A stretch of 55,571 nt of DNA, the filler included, from Piptocephalis cylindrospora (Eukaryota), in assembly GCA_003614145.1 (NCBI GenBank). It is 3 parts of 3 records of this genome, joined end to end, with 100 filler letters (N's around TTAATTAATTAA, not from the genome) between each part and the next. Parts side by side here need not be neighbours in the genome. Positions count along the whole stretch, not along the records: positions 1 to 18,541 come from KZ987834.1; positions 18,642 to 37,127 come from KZ987835.1; 1 more part is not named here. One strand, given 5' to 3'. Shown in pieces: positions 11,541 through 22,406 of this stretch. The number at the start of each line of letters is the position of its first letter. Positions within the stretch are counted from its first letter, which is position 1. The position numbers and the translations under genes are program-made. The notes beneath the pieces were generated by a model. It was given only the letters and a program-made list of their open reading frames with translations. It was not told the origin of the DNA and made no database searches.

Positions 11541-11977
11541 TGTATACTGTTTCTAAAGTAAGGAGATAGTCTTGACCATTATCTACCCCCAGTGAATGCT
11601 AATCGGAGCACCTTAGTCTGTCAATATTGGCAAGTCGCTTGATTCCTCGCCTTAGGATCATCCTGACCCTTCATCTCTCTCCACAATCAAGCAGGCATGC
11701 AGCGCTATCGGAGCAGAGAGTGAGTTTTGATGGAACACGTGCATCTCACACATGCTATATTAGGGGAGAGGACCGACGACTGGCCTCCTTACTGGCCGTT
11801 ACTATGATGGCTCGGGGATAGTGTGAGAGGGCTAAGACAGCCCCCATTGTGCGCCTTCTTCCCTTCATTCTTCCCTCTACCTTTCTGTTCTTCCTCATCT
11901 TTCCCTTCTTTGCTCGCTTTCTCTCTCGTTGCTCTCTCTCCCTCCCCTCAGACTAGGTTAGGATACACCTCTTGAGC

Positions 11978-13040
11978 ATGTCCTCACAATATCCTCGCGA
12001 ATCCTCCCGGCGTCCTCGCGACCCCTCTCAACCCCCCCCTCCCCGTCCCCCACATGGATCCATAGGGAACTACTCCACTCCTGGCCACTACTATCCCCAC
12101 CCTACACAGGCCCCTCCGGGAATCCCATTAGGGACCTCAAGGATTGTCCCAAAGGTGGGGGAGCCCTTACTTCCGACGAGTTATGGACTTGGGCCCTCCA
12201 GGGCACTGTCCCAGCCCTTACCTGGGCTTCGGGCCTCTGGGCTTACCTTTGACCAAAGAGAGGGGAAGGAGCCTGGTGTCTACCCCGATTCCTATTACAT
12301 TCCATCTGGGGATCATTTTGGCGTGCAGCCTCGCTGGGATGTCCATCTTCCCTCGGCTCCCTCCATGTCCTCTTCCATTACCCCTTCACATGCCCCTGCC
12401 CCTCCCGCTTCGCATACCCCTCCTTCTCTTCCCTCTTCCTCACACGTCTCTCCTCCTCCTTCTTCCTCCTCCATATCTCTTCCATCCATTTCCGAGTCGT
12501 TTTCCTCTGCTGTCAAGGCACCACGGGTCTCTCAAGATTCCCCTGGTATAACCTCTATCTCGCCCACACCCGCTCCTGCCCCCGCCAAAGAAGCCCGTGG
12601 TGGAGGAAAACGCTCAAAGAGCCAGGAATCATCCACTGCCAGTACCACTTGCTCTCCCCCTGGAGAAGAGGGCGCAGATTCTACCTCTTTGGGGCAAAAG
12701 CGACCTCGGGGCCCTTTGGCTCTCCTGACCCTGGAGGAAAAGAAAGCCAATCATATTGCCTCGGAGCACAAGAGACGCCGAAGTATTCGCATTGGCTTTG
12801 ACACCCTAACTGAAATTGTCCCCAACCTGCATCGGTGCAGCCGTAGCGAGGCATTGATTCTTCAAAAGAGTAAGTTGTCCCTGGATGCCCCATTCCTCTA
12901 GGTGTGTGGAGAAGGAATCCTCATCCTACCCTTTTTATTTCCCCTGTATAGCTGTGGAGCATATTCATCGGCTGGCCGAAAGGAGGGATCATCTTCACTC
13001 CCGAGTGTGGAAGTTGCGTCATGAGCTTGGTGAAGGGTAA
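11978..13040 (+). CDS. bHLH transcription factor (INO4/MLX-like) with Pro/Ser-rich N-terminus (intron 12870-12951)
   Basis: LLTLEEKKANHIASEHKRRRSIRIGFDTLTEIVPNL...SEALILQK|TVEHIHRL forms the bHLH domain. Confidence 0.88.
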
Positions 13041-13370
13041 GCGCCATGGGTAGGGGTCATGGAGGGATCCCTGTCATTTCTCACCTTCTTGCTCTTTCTG
13101 GGGAGATAGGTCATCGGTCAAAGATTTGACAAAGGATGGATCGTGATTTTCCTGTACTCCCTCCGAATAAGGACCTTGGAGGCAGAGATTAATCTTTGTA
13201 CAATGACATGTGATGTGTGTTTCTGAGAGGAGGTGTGAGAGGGGAGAATGAAATAATGCCTGTACGTCTGACATGTCCAGTGTAAATATGGGTTTGATAA
13301 GAGGGATATGTTCAACGGAAAGGTCAAGGATGGGGTCCCCTTCTTCCCGCTCACATAGCACATCTCATGT

Positions 13371-14845
13371 TTAGGGGGCACTTCCGTAGGGCTGATTGTA
13401 GAGGATGGACTGAGTAGTATTGGGTTGACCGTTCAGATTGATACTGTATGTGGAGGCCGAGGTCTTGAGCATCTTGTACAGATCATCCACCTTGGTTACA
13501 TTGAGCTCAGGATCACTGAGGAAGAGGGCCGCTACTCCTGCAACATAGGCCGTCGCTACGCTAATGATGGATAGAAGAGTTGAGTGAAATGGAGAGGGCG
13601 GCGGCATGGGTAGAAGAATCAGGCATAACACTTACCTAGTCCCGCTCACCAAGTTCCATCGACCATCGGCCCAGGCTGTAGGGGCATGGTAGCCCGGGGC
13701 AATGAGATCAACACATTCACCCCAGTTGGAAAAGTCCATTAACCGATCATTGATGTCCGAGGCCGCGACAGTAAAGGCCCCGGGGGAGCTGGCCGGGGAG
13801 TAATGGCAGGCATTGGAGTAGAAGTTCCCTGCGGCCGTGAAGACGGGGATATTGGCACGGTACATGGCAAGGATAGCAGAATCCAGATATTTGGATTTAG
13901 CACTGGTTAGCGACAGATTGACCACACTTTTCCCGGGTTTAGCGCGACTATGGACCCACTGTAGGCCCTTGATGATTGCGGACTCATCCGTCATGCCGTT
14001 GGCCTTGACTACTTGCACCGATACGATCGATGCACTGGGCGCCACCCCTATCCACGGGTCCACGAGGACACTGGCAATGGATGTTCCATGGCCATGGGGA
14101 TCCTCCTTGGGATTGCCACCCACAAAGCTGGCTCCTGCGAAGTCTCGGGATCGGATGTTGGACTTGAGCCCATCCACTCCGGTGTCTAGGACGTAAATGG
14201 TGATGCCCTGGCCTGAGGCGGCTCGTTGGTGGATGTACGTGTCGAAGGTGGCCCGTTCGATTGTGTTGACTGCGGAGATGCGCGCGAGCGGCCAGGGTAC
14301 AAAACGTCTTCGGACATACTCCTTCCCTTGGCTCGAGAAGACCTTGGCATACGGCTTGGCCGGATCAGGCCTCCAGGTTGTGTTGTCCATGGTGCTACGG
14401 AGGGATTGCTCCAGGCGATTCCTCCAACCCAGGGGAAAGTCCGTGCCGAGAAGGGGGAGGAAGTCGGCAAAGGATACTCCGTTGTATGAATGCACCCGGT
14501 CCTGATTTGCTTCTGCTGCTTTGCGGTACTTTTCTGGCAGATCTTCCATGCCCATGACATTCGTATTTAACGAGACCGTCTTTTGCGATGATCCTGGGTT
14601 CGAGGTGAAGTCTCCATTGATCATACTTGGGTCCCCGTTCATGACATTTACAGCACTTGCCGACCCCATATCGCTTGCAAAGAGGCCTTTGTATGCTATG
14701 GTGACGGGGGATGGGTGGGAGAGAGTAGGTGTGAGGGCTAGATCGGACGCGAGGGTGTGCTAGGGAGAAAGAAAGTACCTGATACTACGGGGACTGAAGG
14801 TTGGGAGATCAGGCCAACGAGGAGGAGAGAGAAACAACGAAGCAT
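13371..14845 (-). CDS. Secreted subtilisin-like S8 (proteinase K-type) serine protease (introns 14696-14778 and 13561-13635)
   Basis: Hydrophobic signal MLRCFSLLLVGL; PWPLARIS; VLDTG (Asp), HGHGT (His), AAGN (oxyanion Asn), SGTSVAT (Ser codon split by intron 2). Confidence 0.9.
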
Positions 14846-15007
14846 GGTATGAGAGGTTTAATCAAAGTAGAGTGTGCTGGGAGGAGTGTCTGAGGAGCCG
14901 GCCTCAAGGAGGTTGAAAGCACGAGGGAAGGAGGAGGAAGGGAAGGAGAGGAAGGAGAGGAGGGGGAGGAAGGAGAGGAGGGAGTGGGGTAATGGAAGGG
15001 AAAAGAG

Positions 15008-15073
15008 GATGGAGAAGAAAAGGGGATGGAGAGGAAGGTTGATGGAGAAGAAAAGAGGATGGAGAGGAAGATT
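15008..15073 (+). repeat. 33-bp tandem duplication (2 mismatches) upstream of the subtilase
   Basis: GATGGAGAAGAAAAG(G/A)GGATGGAGAGGAAG(G/A)TT, two copies. Confidence 0.85.
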
Positions 15074-16339
15074 GATGGTAATTACTCTACTCTATTTCGA
15101 TGGACTACCTAGGGAGAATGGAGAGGGACGATGTATGCTAATGCAAAAGGCATCTGTATGGCTCGATGAACGGTCGGAGTTGTCATGTTTCGAGAGCGGG
15201 TCGGAGGCTGGCCCACAGGGCAGAGGTGACTAACTGACCGTCCTGGGAGAGTGAGGTGAAGATGGAAATCCAGGCCCATCTCCCTAAATATGAGCAAGTC
15301 CTGCACCAACAAAGACCAAATATTTATAATGTTGGGTATGCGTAAATGAGGGCGGGGCTCCGACTACGATCTCCCTATTCCAGATACATATGGTCCCTTT
15401 CCTTTCCTGATGATCTGTTTTTATACTAATCCTATCAGTGGAAATAATTCAAACAATGATAGATGCATAACCAAATGTTCATCCTCTTTGTTATATATAC
15501 AGCGCTCCATAAAAGTTTAATTCAGACTATTTGGATGATTTAGCCAAGGTGGGCTCGTGATATCTTCTTCATAACAGTTTAAGTCGATGAAACTTTATAT
15601 CATTTTCCTACATAGTTCAAAATAGGTAATCAATAAATTTATATTTGAACTTGATTTTATGTCCCGGGTGCCACATATGCTGGCCTATTATTGCGCGGAT
15701 TTATGTGTTCGGGTGCCTAGCAGCCTATCTCACTGAAGGAAAATAGATTGGCTATCATCATCAACGATGTTTTATACAGCACCATGTCCTGCATGGCCAG
15801 GTAAGAATAGGTATGATGTATACGGACTTAGTATGAATCTACTTGGACTATTATCCTTTCAAAATTTTCTTTTCTCTACCCATCCCCTTTCTTCGTAGGC
15901 CAGAAGAATAAGGAAAATGACAGCGACTACAGTTCCGTTTGCTTGTTGATGAGGGGCTATTCTTCCTTCCCTCTCTCCGCCTTCCCTGGTAATGACCCTT
16001 CATCCTCCCCTCCCCTGTTCTTGGTGATGAAGAGTAGGCTTGCATCATATGACCCTGCTGATCCTTCTCAGGTCCATGATATTCTCACATACCAACAAAG
16101 AGAAATACACACAGGCATTATCGTGGTTGTCTGGATAGAGTGGGGAGAGAAGCTGTGATGTGCTGTTGCAGACCATTAAACCAGAGAGAGGTGAGTGAGA
16201 GATGCATGTGGTATAGGGGTGAAGCGGTAAGATAGGGGGCGGAGAAAGCAAGGCGTGTGTGTATTGCTTTGCTCTCTCCCTTTGCCTTGGCTCGTACCAC
16301 ACCACCATGCGCGCTACTCTGACTGACGTCGTCATCAGC

Positions 16340-16385
16340 CTGTCGCTCTCCACTATGGGAGCTCTGTCTCTCTCCACTATGGGAG
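16340..16385 (+). repeat. 24-bp tandem duplication
   Basis: CTGTC(G/T)CTCTCCACTATGGGAG, two copies with 24-nt period. Confidence 0.8.
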
Positions 16386-16757
16386 GAGCTAGCCCACCTA
16401 TTCCTTCCTCTCCTCCCTGACTCATCCATTACACTGGACATGCCCGCGGAGCTAGTGCGTCTTGGCAGGTCACGTTGTCAGCCTGGTAGCCCTCTTCGCG
16501 ACACGGATCAAGGGTGAGGGGCGTCTCCGCCAGCGCACTAGCACTATCCGACGTGCTTTCGCGGTCGGTTATAAAAGCCGGATGGAACGACGCCCTATCC
16601 TACAACACCGCTCTGTCCCCCTTACCTCTCTCTCTCTTCTCTCCAGCTTCCTAACTTGCACTTCACAACCCTTTTCAATATTCGTTTGTTCATAAGACCT
16701 ACGCGTCTCTGTCCTCCCTCTCACATTCCAATCACCACCACTGCCGCTCTAGCCAAC

Positions 16758-17015
16758 ATGTCCCACGGAAAGTACATCGTCATCTTTAAGAAGGACGCTC
16801 CTCAAGAGGCCATCGATAACATGATGTCCAGTGTCTCCTCCGAGGGTGGAGAGGTTCAGCACCACTACAAGATGAGCAAGATGCGTGGCTTCTCTGCTAC
16901 CATCCCTGACACTTTCCTCACCAACCTCACTGGTGATCAGTACATCGATTACATCGAGCCCGATGGTGAAGTCACCACCATGGCCAAGTCCCTTGGTCTC
17001 AATGCTAAGGCTTGA
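16758..17015 (+). CDS. Stand-alone peptidase inhibitor I9 (PBI2/POIA1-like), 85 aa
   Basis: KYIVIFKKDAP...GGEVQHHY...RGFSATIP...IDYIEPDGEVTT is the I9 pattern. No signal peptide. TATAAA about 190 nt upstream. Confidence 0.88.
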   Translation: MSHGKYIVIFKKDAPQEAIDNMMSSVSSEGGEVQHHYKMSKMRGFSATIPDTFLTNLTGDQYIDYIEPDGEVTTMAKSLGLNAKA

Positions 17016-17722
17016 GCCTCCTCTTCTCTCGCTTTGTCTTTTTTCATGACCCTGTCCTCTTTTTCCCCTGCCCTGTTAAATGAGGATGAACTGTTTCACC
17101 GAGCATCACCTGTAGTGCCCCAACCCCTCAGAGTTTGTTTGAGAGACTGGTCTTTTCTCGCTTATATAGGAAATATGACCTCTAAACCCAGCCCATGGGT
17201 ATTTGAGACTACACTCCAAGTAGGTGGTCTCATACGAGGGGTAATTGGGAGATATAGAGACAAAGCACAGCATACCAGATTGAAACCCTGTGTCTATCAC
17301 AGCACGCATCTACATTGGATTGATCCTTTCCGTGTAACGGTCCCTGATCGCCTTGACCATGATCCAGGAGCCATTCTTTTGTATCCCATGTCCTTCTTAG
17401 AAGGGGAGGTGCCCGCTCTCCATACATAGATTATTATTAGTAGTAGTAAACAGTGAAGTGTATTGGGAAAATTACAATTACATAGATCATTAGGATGTGC
17501 TTGAGCTGAGGAAGGATCGTATTTTTTTACACATTTCCCAAAGCACAAATGGCATAGTCATCCTTAATCATTCCCTGATCTCCCCTTGCCTTCGCCTCAC
17601 ACTATTTATTTTCCATCTACCTTTATCTTACCCTTCCCTAAACCTTCTCTCTTCGTTGATCTTTCCAAACTCTTATTTCTTTCCTTATCCACCAAATCTT
17701 TATCTTCCCTACGCCCTACAAC

Positions 17723-18541
17723 ATGCCTCAACTCACTGTTACTGAGAAGCCGACCATTCGCAGCATCTGCGTCTTTTGCGGTTCTTCCAAGGGAAACAAG
17801 CCCGCCTTTATGGAAAAGGCCATAGGTACGTGCTTCTGGCCTTAATATTTCCTTGGCCTACCGTTGGATGAGTACATACTGTTTTGATTTGATGGTCTCT
17901 TCGTGCTAACTATCCCGTCTTTCCTCCCCGGCCCTGCTCCCTTCGATGGACCCACACATGTCATGGACATCCGACGCGACCTACCTAGCATTTGGAGAGA
18001 TCATCGCAAAACAAAATTGGACCCTGGTCTATGGTAGGAATGGTGCCTTTATACTACCTTCCATTCCACACTCATCCATCACTCCCTCTAGGTGGAGGTA
18101 GCAATGGACTCATGGGGGCTGTGGCCAAGTCGGTGCTTGCTCATGGTGGAAAGGTCATTTCCATCATCCCCGAGGCTCTTGTTGGTACGGTCTTTTCTCT
18201 CTTTACCCATCCTTGCCCTTACTCTTTGGCTAATCTTCTGAATACACGGTAGCTCCTAGTGGAGACATGCTTGGAGAGGTCCTTATAGTTAAGAGTATGC
18301 ATGAGAGAAAGCGGATGATGGCTGAGAAATCCGATGCCTTTGTTGGTCTTCCAGGTGGTTTTGGGACTCTCGAGGAGCTCCTGGAGATGATCACTTGGTC
18401 CACCCTGGGCATCCATTCTAAACCCTTGGTTCTTCTCAACACCCACGGGTATTACGAGCCTATTCGGCAATGGTCCGATCGGGCTGTCGAGTCTGGCTTT
18501 GTTATCCAATCCGCTAGAAAAGTCTTCACCATGGCTGATAC
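17723..18541 (+). CDS. LOG: LOG-family phosphoribohydrolase (cytokinin-activating type I), 3' end lost in the gap
   Basis: Spliced SICVFCGSSKG, LVYGGGSNGLMGAVA, MHERKRMM, LPGGFGTLEEL, TWSTLGIHSKP. Confidence 0.9.
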
Positions 18542-18641
18542 NNNNNNNNNNNNNNNNNNNNNNNNNNNNNNNNNNNNNNNNNNNNTTAATTAATTAANNN
18601 NNNNNNNNNNNNNNNNNNNNNNNNNNNNNNNNNNNNNNNNN
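18542..18641. other. Scaffold gap with artificial TTAATTAATTAA six-frame stop linker
   Basis: 100-nt block of N with TTAATTAATTAA in the centre. Confidence 0.97.
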
Positions 18642-18686
18642 GTTTGGGGGTTGGACCGGAGGGGTTGGGTAGTTCGTGTGATACAT
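18642..18686 (-). CDS. Possible 5' fragment of an unidentified gene running into the gap (MYHTNYPTPPVQPPN...)
   Basis: ATG at 18686 follows a CT-rich leader like those of neighbouring genes; the frame is open until the N run. Confidence 0.35.
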
Positions 18687-19319
18687 GACAAGGTGAGGAG
18701 AGAAAAAAGAAGAGAAGAGTACAAGTACGACGAATGACTGGATCTGCAAAGGCTCTTCCGCAGTATCTGTACCTGAGGCTGTAAGGTGAGTAACGAGTCA
18801 GTCTGTCCTTTGTCCCTGACTCAGTGTCGTCTGTCTCACAGAGCTCATCCCTGCAAAGTCAGCTGGGGCATTGAGGGGCAAATCGGGGGCGAGGCAAAGC
18901 GTCAAGGGCCTTGTTAAATATGAAAAGTCAAGATCATATACATTTATTTAGCTATCCTTTTACCAGTGTCCGCATGAAAATGAAGGGAAATTTAATTGGG
19001 TTTCAGAATGTAGAATAACATTCAGATGGATTGATCAATCAATGATTTCGCAATAAATCATCTCTCCCCTCGGACTACGCGCCAGGATAAATACCGTCAT
19101 TTGTGCATGATTATTAATTAACAAAACCTTTACATTTTCCTTTTAAAACATTTGCGTAATTTCCTTCAAATCGTCCAAGGGAAATCGTAGTAAATGTAAG
19201 CAAAGCGCGCTTCCTGCTCCCTCTCCGCTACACCACGCTTTCTTTCCTCTCCACCCTTCCACTTTCCCTCAGCTCTGGCCAAGCCCCTTCCCCCCTGTCT
19301 TCTCTGCACCAACCGTCCC

Positions 19320-20005
19320 ATGTCTGGCATTTGTGAAAGTCGTCTTGCTGAGGAAAGGAAGCAATGGAGAAAGGATCATCCATATGTACGTCTGGAATGG
19401 AAGATATGACCCAGAACGGAGATCTCACCTTCCTTCCCCTTCCTCGAGATGCTAGGGTTTCTTTGCTCGTCCAGCACGACTTGCCGACAACACCCTTGAC
19501 CTTATGAATTGGGAAGTGGGTATTCCCGGAAAGCCCGAGGTAAGCCGCCTTCCCATAGATCCGAGTCCATTCCATGTCCCATACTCATCCTTCTCCAAGA
19601 CGCCCTGGGAGGGAGGCATCTACCAACTGATCATGATCTTCCCAGAGGATTATCCTACCAAACCACCGAAATGCAAGTTCACCCCTCCCCTCTTCCATCC
19701 CAATGTTTATCCCTCGGGAACCGTATGTCTCTCCATCCTCAATGAGGATGAGGGATGGAAGCCGGCCATCACCATCAAGCAGATCCTCCTTGGCATTCAG
19801 GACTTACTGAATGATCCCAACCCCCCTAAGCCCTGCTCAATCTGAAGCGTATAATCTTTTCCGGTATGTTATGGAAGGGATGGTTCAAAGTGCATGTTGT
19901 TGATCCTTCATCCTCATCCCTCACCCCCTCATATACAGAACCGACAAGACCAGGTATGAGCAAGAGATCCGGAAACAAGCCAAAAACTGCATGCCTACGG
20001 AATAA
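19320..20005 (+). CDS. UBC9: SUMO-conjugating enzyme Ubc9 (4 exons; apparent +1 frameshift at C6 run 19821-19826)
   Basis: [28 protein letters not shown]...[15 protein letters not shown]...[17 protein letters not shown]...[18 protein letters not shown]. The conserved SPAQSEAY lies in the +1 frame. Confidence 0.95.
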
Positions 20006-20190
20006 ATCGCCCTATCCAACGGAAAGTTGGATCCGTCCTCCTCTCCTATTGTTGGTCAAAAAGGATACATTCCTTTCTCTTGTATGGGCATGTGTGTCTG
20101 GTCCACACGGGCAACAATAGATCATCATTGTCATCAGCGTATCATTTGGGGATGTTCTGGATCAGGACCGATGCCCTCTTTCCCAAAGGA

Positions 20191-20862
20191 TTAGATCGCC
20201 CGGGCAAAGGCGATGAGCCTTTGGAAGGCTTGGCTAGAAGCAGTAGAGTTGTAGGCTTCGGGGCGCTTCTCGTTCATAAAGGCATGCCCAGCCCCCTCGT
20301 ACCGGTAAAGCTTGTAGTCAACCCCGGAGGCCTTGAGGTTCTGTTCATACTGATCTTGGGTGGCACGATCAGAAAAACCCTTCATGTCATCCTCAGCCCC
20401 AAAGTGTGCCTGGATAGGGACAGCCGCCTTGGTCATATCAGCCACTGATTTGGGAGGCACTCCGTAGAAGGGAGCTGCTCCGGCAATGTCTTTGGCTAGA
20501 AGAACAGCCGTAGCGTTGGCTAGGGCTCCACCCATACAAAAGCCCGTCACCACCACCTTTGTAGATCCGTGATCCTTGAGATACTGGACGGCCTCGCCGA
20601 TCTCCTCGATGGCTTTGCCCCAGTCCAACCCGTCCATCAAGTGTGCCGCCTCGTCCGCCGTTGACGCCACCCGTCCATGGTATAGGTCCGGGCACAGTGC
20701 ATGGAGGCCCTCGGCTGCCAACCTCTCCGTTAATCCCTCCATCTGCTTGTTTAATCCCCACCATTCCTGAAGGACCACCAGACCCACTTTGGTATCTTCC
20801 CCGGAGGGTTTGACATAGTAGCCTTTATTATTGTTGCCACGATGGTAAGTGATGAGGGACAT
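20191..20862 (-). CDS. Dienelactone hydrolase family protein (223 aa, intronless)
   Basis: QEWWGLN, PDLYHG, GFCMGG nucleophile elbow, PFYG, HFGAEDD, YEGAGHAFMN. Confidence 0.92.
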   Translation of the reverse strand: MSLITYHRGNNNKGYYVKPSGEDTKVGLVVLQEWWGLNKQMEGLTERLAAEGLHALCPDLYHGRVASTADEAAHLMDGLDWGKAIEEIGEAVQYLKDHGSTKVVVTGFCMGGALANATAVLLAKDIAGAAPFYGVPPKSVADMTKAAVPIQAHFGAEDDMKGFSDRATQDQYEQNLKASGVDYKLYRYEGAGHAFMNEKRPEAYNSTASSQAFQRLIAFARAI

Positions 20863-21383
20863 GGTGTGACGAGGATGGTGCAAACAGGAAGGGAGAATGG
20901 AATAGAGAAAGACGATGGGGAGGGAGGAAAGAGTGGTGATGTCTGTATGCGGCATCTCCTCCTTATATTTATATACAGTAGCCAAATGCAGGAAACGTCA
21001 TTACACACTATATTATTTCTCAGTCAGTGCAATAAATCCGCCACGTCATGGGCAAGGATGCACCCACTGTGCGACTAATCTGATGGAGCGGGGTTGACCA
21101 TAAGCTTTTTCCAGGCTTCGTTTCACTGAGAGCTGCAAGGAATTGAATGCAGGAAAGGCCATCTTCAGAAGGACTAGGTAGCCGCATATTTCATGTATCA
21201 GCGATAGCTCGTGAGGGATGTGTTGGCTCGAAGGCAATGCGTAATCTCTTATTATAGCCTTTATAATATGGACAATGTAATAGAGAGAAGCAGCGCATTT
21301 TACAATAAGGGCAAATACTTTGAGTTGCCTTGAAAAGCGCGCTCTTGCCCTCTTCTCTCTTTTCCCGTCCTCTATCCCTCACC

Positions 21384-22256
21384 ATGAAAGATGCTTTCGC
21401 GATCAATGCCTCCCAAGTAGACCAGGCTGTGAGGTCTCCAGAAGCAACGGCAGCAGCTCGACGGAAGAGTCGGACTAGTCAGTGGATAGCCAAGAAAAGT
21501 GCCGAGGCCCTGTATACTGTTTTGGATTTGGATGAGGACAACACTCGTTTGTTAGAATTTGGATGCGGTCAAGGTAAGGAGGCTGTCCTTGCAAGGAGGA
21601 CCTTCAGGAAGACTGACCCCTCCTCCCTGCTAAATCTAGGCGTCTTGGCCATGCAATTGTGCCAGCACGTTGCATCATACACAGGGATCGACGCGTCCTC
21701 GGGAGCAGCCGCTCGGTTAAATGAGCGGTTCATTCATCAGGGCCTAGAGCCGGGCGAGGCCAAGGCTTATTCCTTCGACGTCCATCATTCTAACCAGGAG
21801 GGACAGGCTTCCATCGTAGATATTGAACCTGTTGACTGCATCGTGGCCTCCATGGTTCATCACCATCTTTCCGACCCGGCAAGCACTACCCAACTTCTCA
21901 TCCATCGCTACCTCAAACCAGGGGGGAAAATCGCCATCATTGATCTTGTTCATGATTCCGTCAACGATTCCCTCTTTAACCCTAACTCTACTCCTGCCCC
22001 TAACCCTTCCCGTCAGGGCCATGACCCTTCCCATCAAGGCCATGTCCGAAGTGATGGTGTGTGTTGGCACGGAGGCTTTTCCCAGCACCACGCCACTTCT
22101 TGGCTCACCCTGGCAGGATGTGTTGACATTGCTTACGAAGAGCCCTTTTCCCTAACACGATCCCTCTCCCATCCTGATCCGTCCCAGCCTAATCAACCTC
22201 GACTATTTACCTTTTTCCTCCTTTCAGCCACCAAACCCCTCTTTCCTCTCTCGTAG
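21384..22256 (+). CDS. Class I SAM-dependent methyltransferase (in-frame intron 21574-21639)
   Basis: LLEFGCGQG motif I, GIDAS, DCIVASMVHHHL, LKPGGKIAIID, HGGFS. Confidence 0.87.
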   Translation: MKDAFAINASQVDQAVRSPEATAAARRKSRTSQWIAKKSAEALYTVLDLDEDNTRLLEFGCGQGKEAVLARRTFRKTDPSSLLNLGVLAMQLCQHVASYTGIDASSGAAARLNERFIHQGLEPGEAKAYSFDVHHSNQEGQASIVDIEPVDCIVASMVHHHLSDPASTTQLLIHRYLKPGGKIAIIDLVHDSVNDSLFNPNSTPAPNPSRQGHDPSHQGHVRSDGVCWHGGFSQHHATSWLTLAGCVDIAYEEPFSLTRSLSHPDPSQPNQPRLFTFFLLSATKPLFPLS

Positions 22257-22406
22257 CATCAATAAAAATGATCATCCAGTGTACAACGTCAAGACGAGGA
22301 GCGAGGGAGCAAAGAAGAAAAAAAAAGGCCTTGTTAACACCTTCCTCTCCCTTTTCATGTCCAGAGAAGGCAACGGGGAATGACCACTCATCCATCCGTC
22401 TAACAA

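Noticed and set aside
15850..16441. Small ORFs between the subtilase and the I9 gene
   Set aside because: They have no recognisable motifs, overlap a tandem duplication, and give no convincing splice model.
18586..18597. TTAATTAATTAA palindrome (also in the gap at 37128-37227)
   Set aside because: It is embedded in N runs and identical in both gaps, so it is an artificial scaffolding linker.
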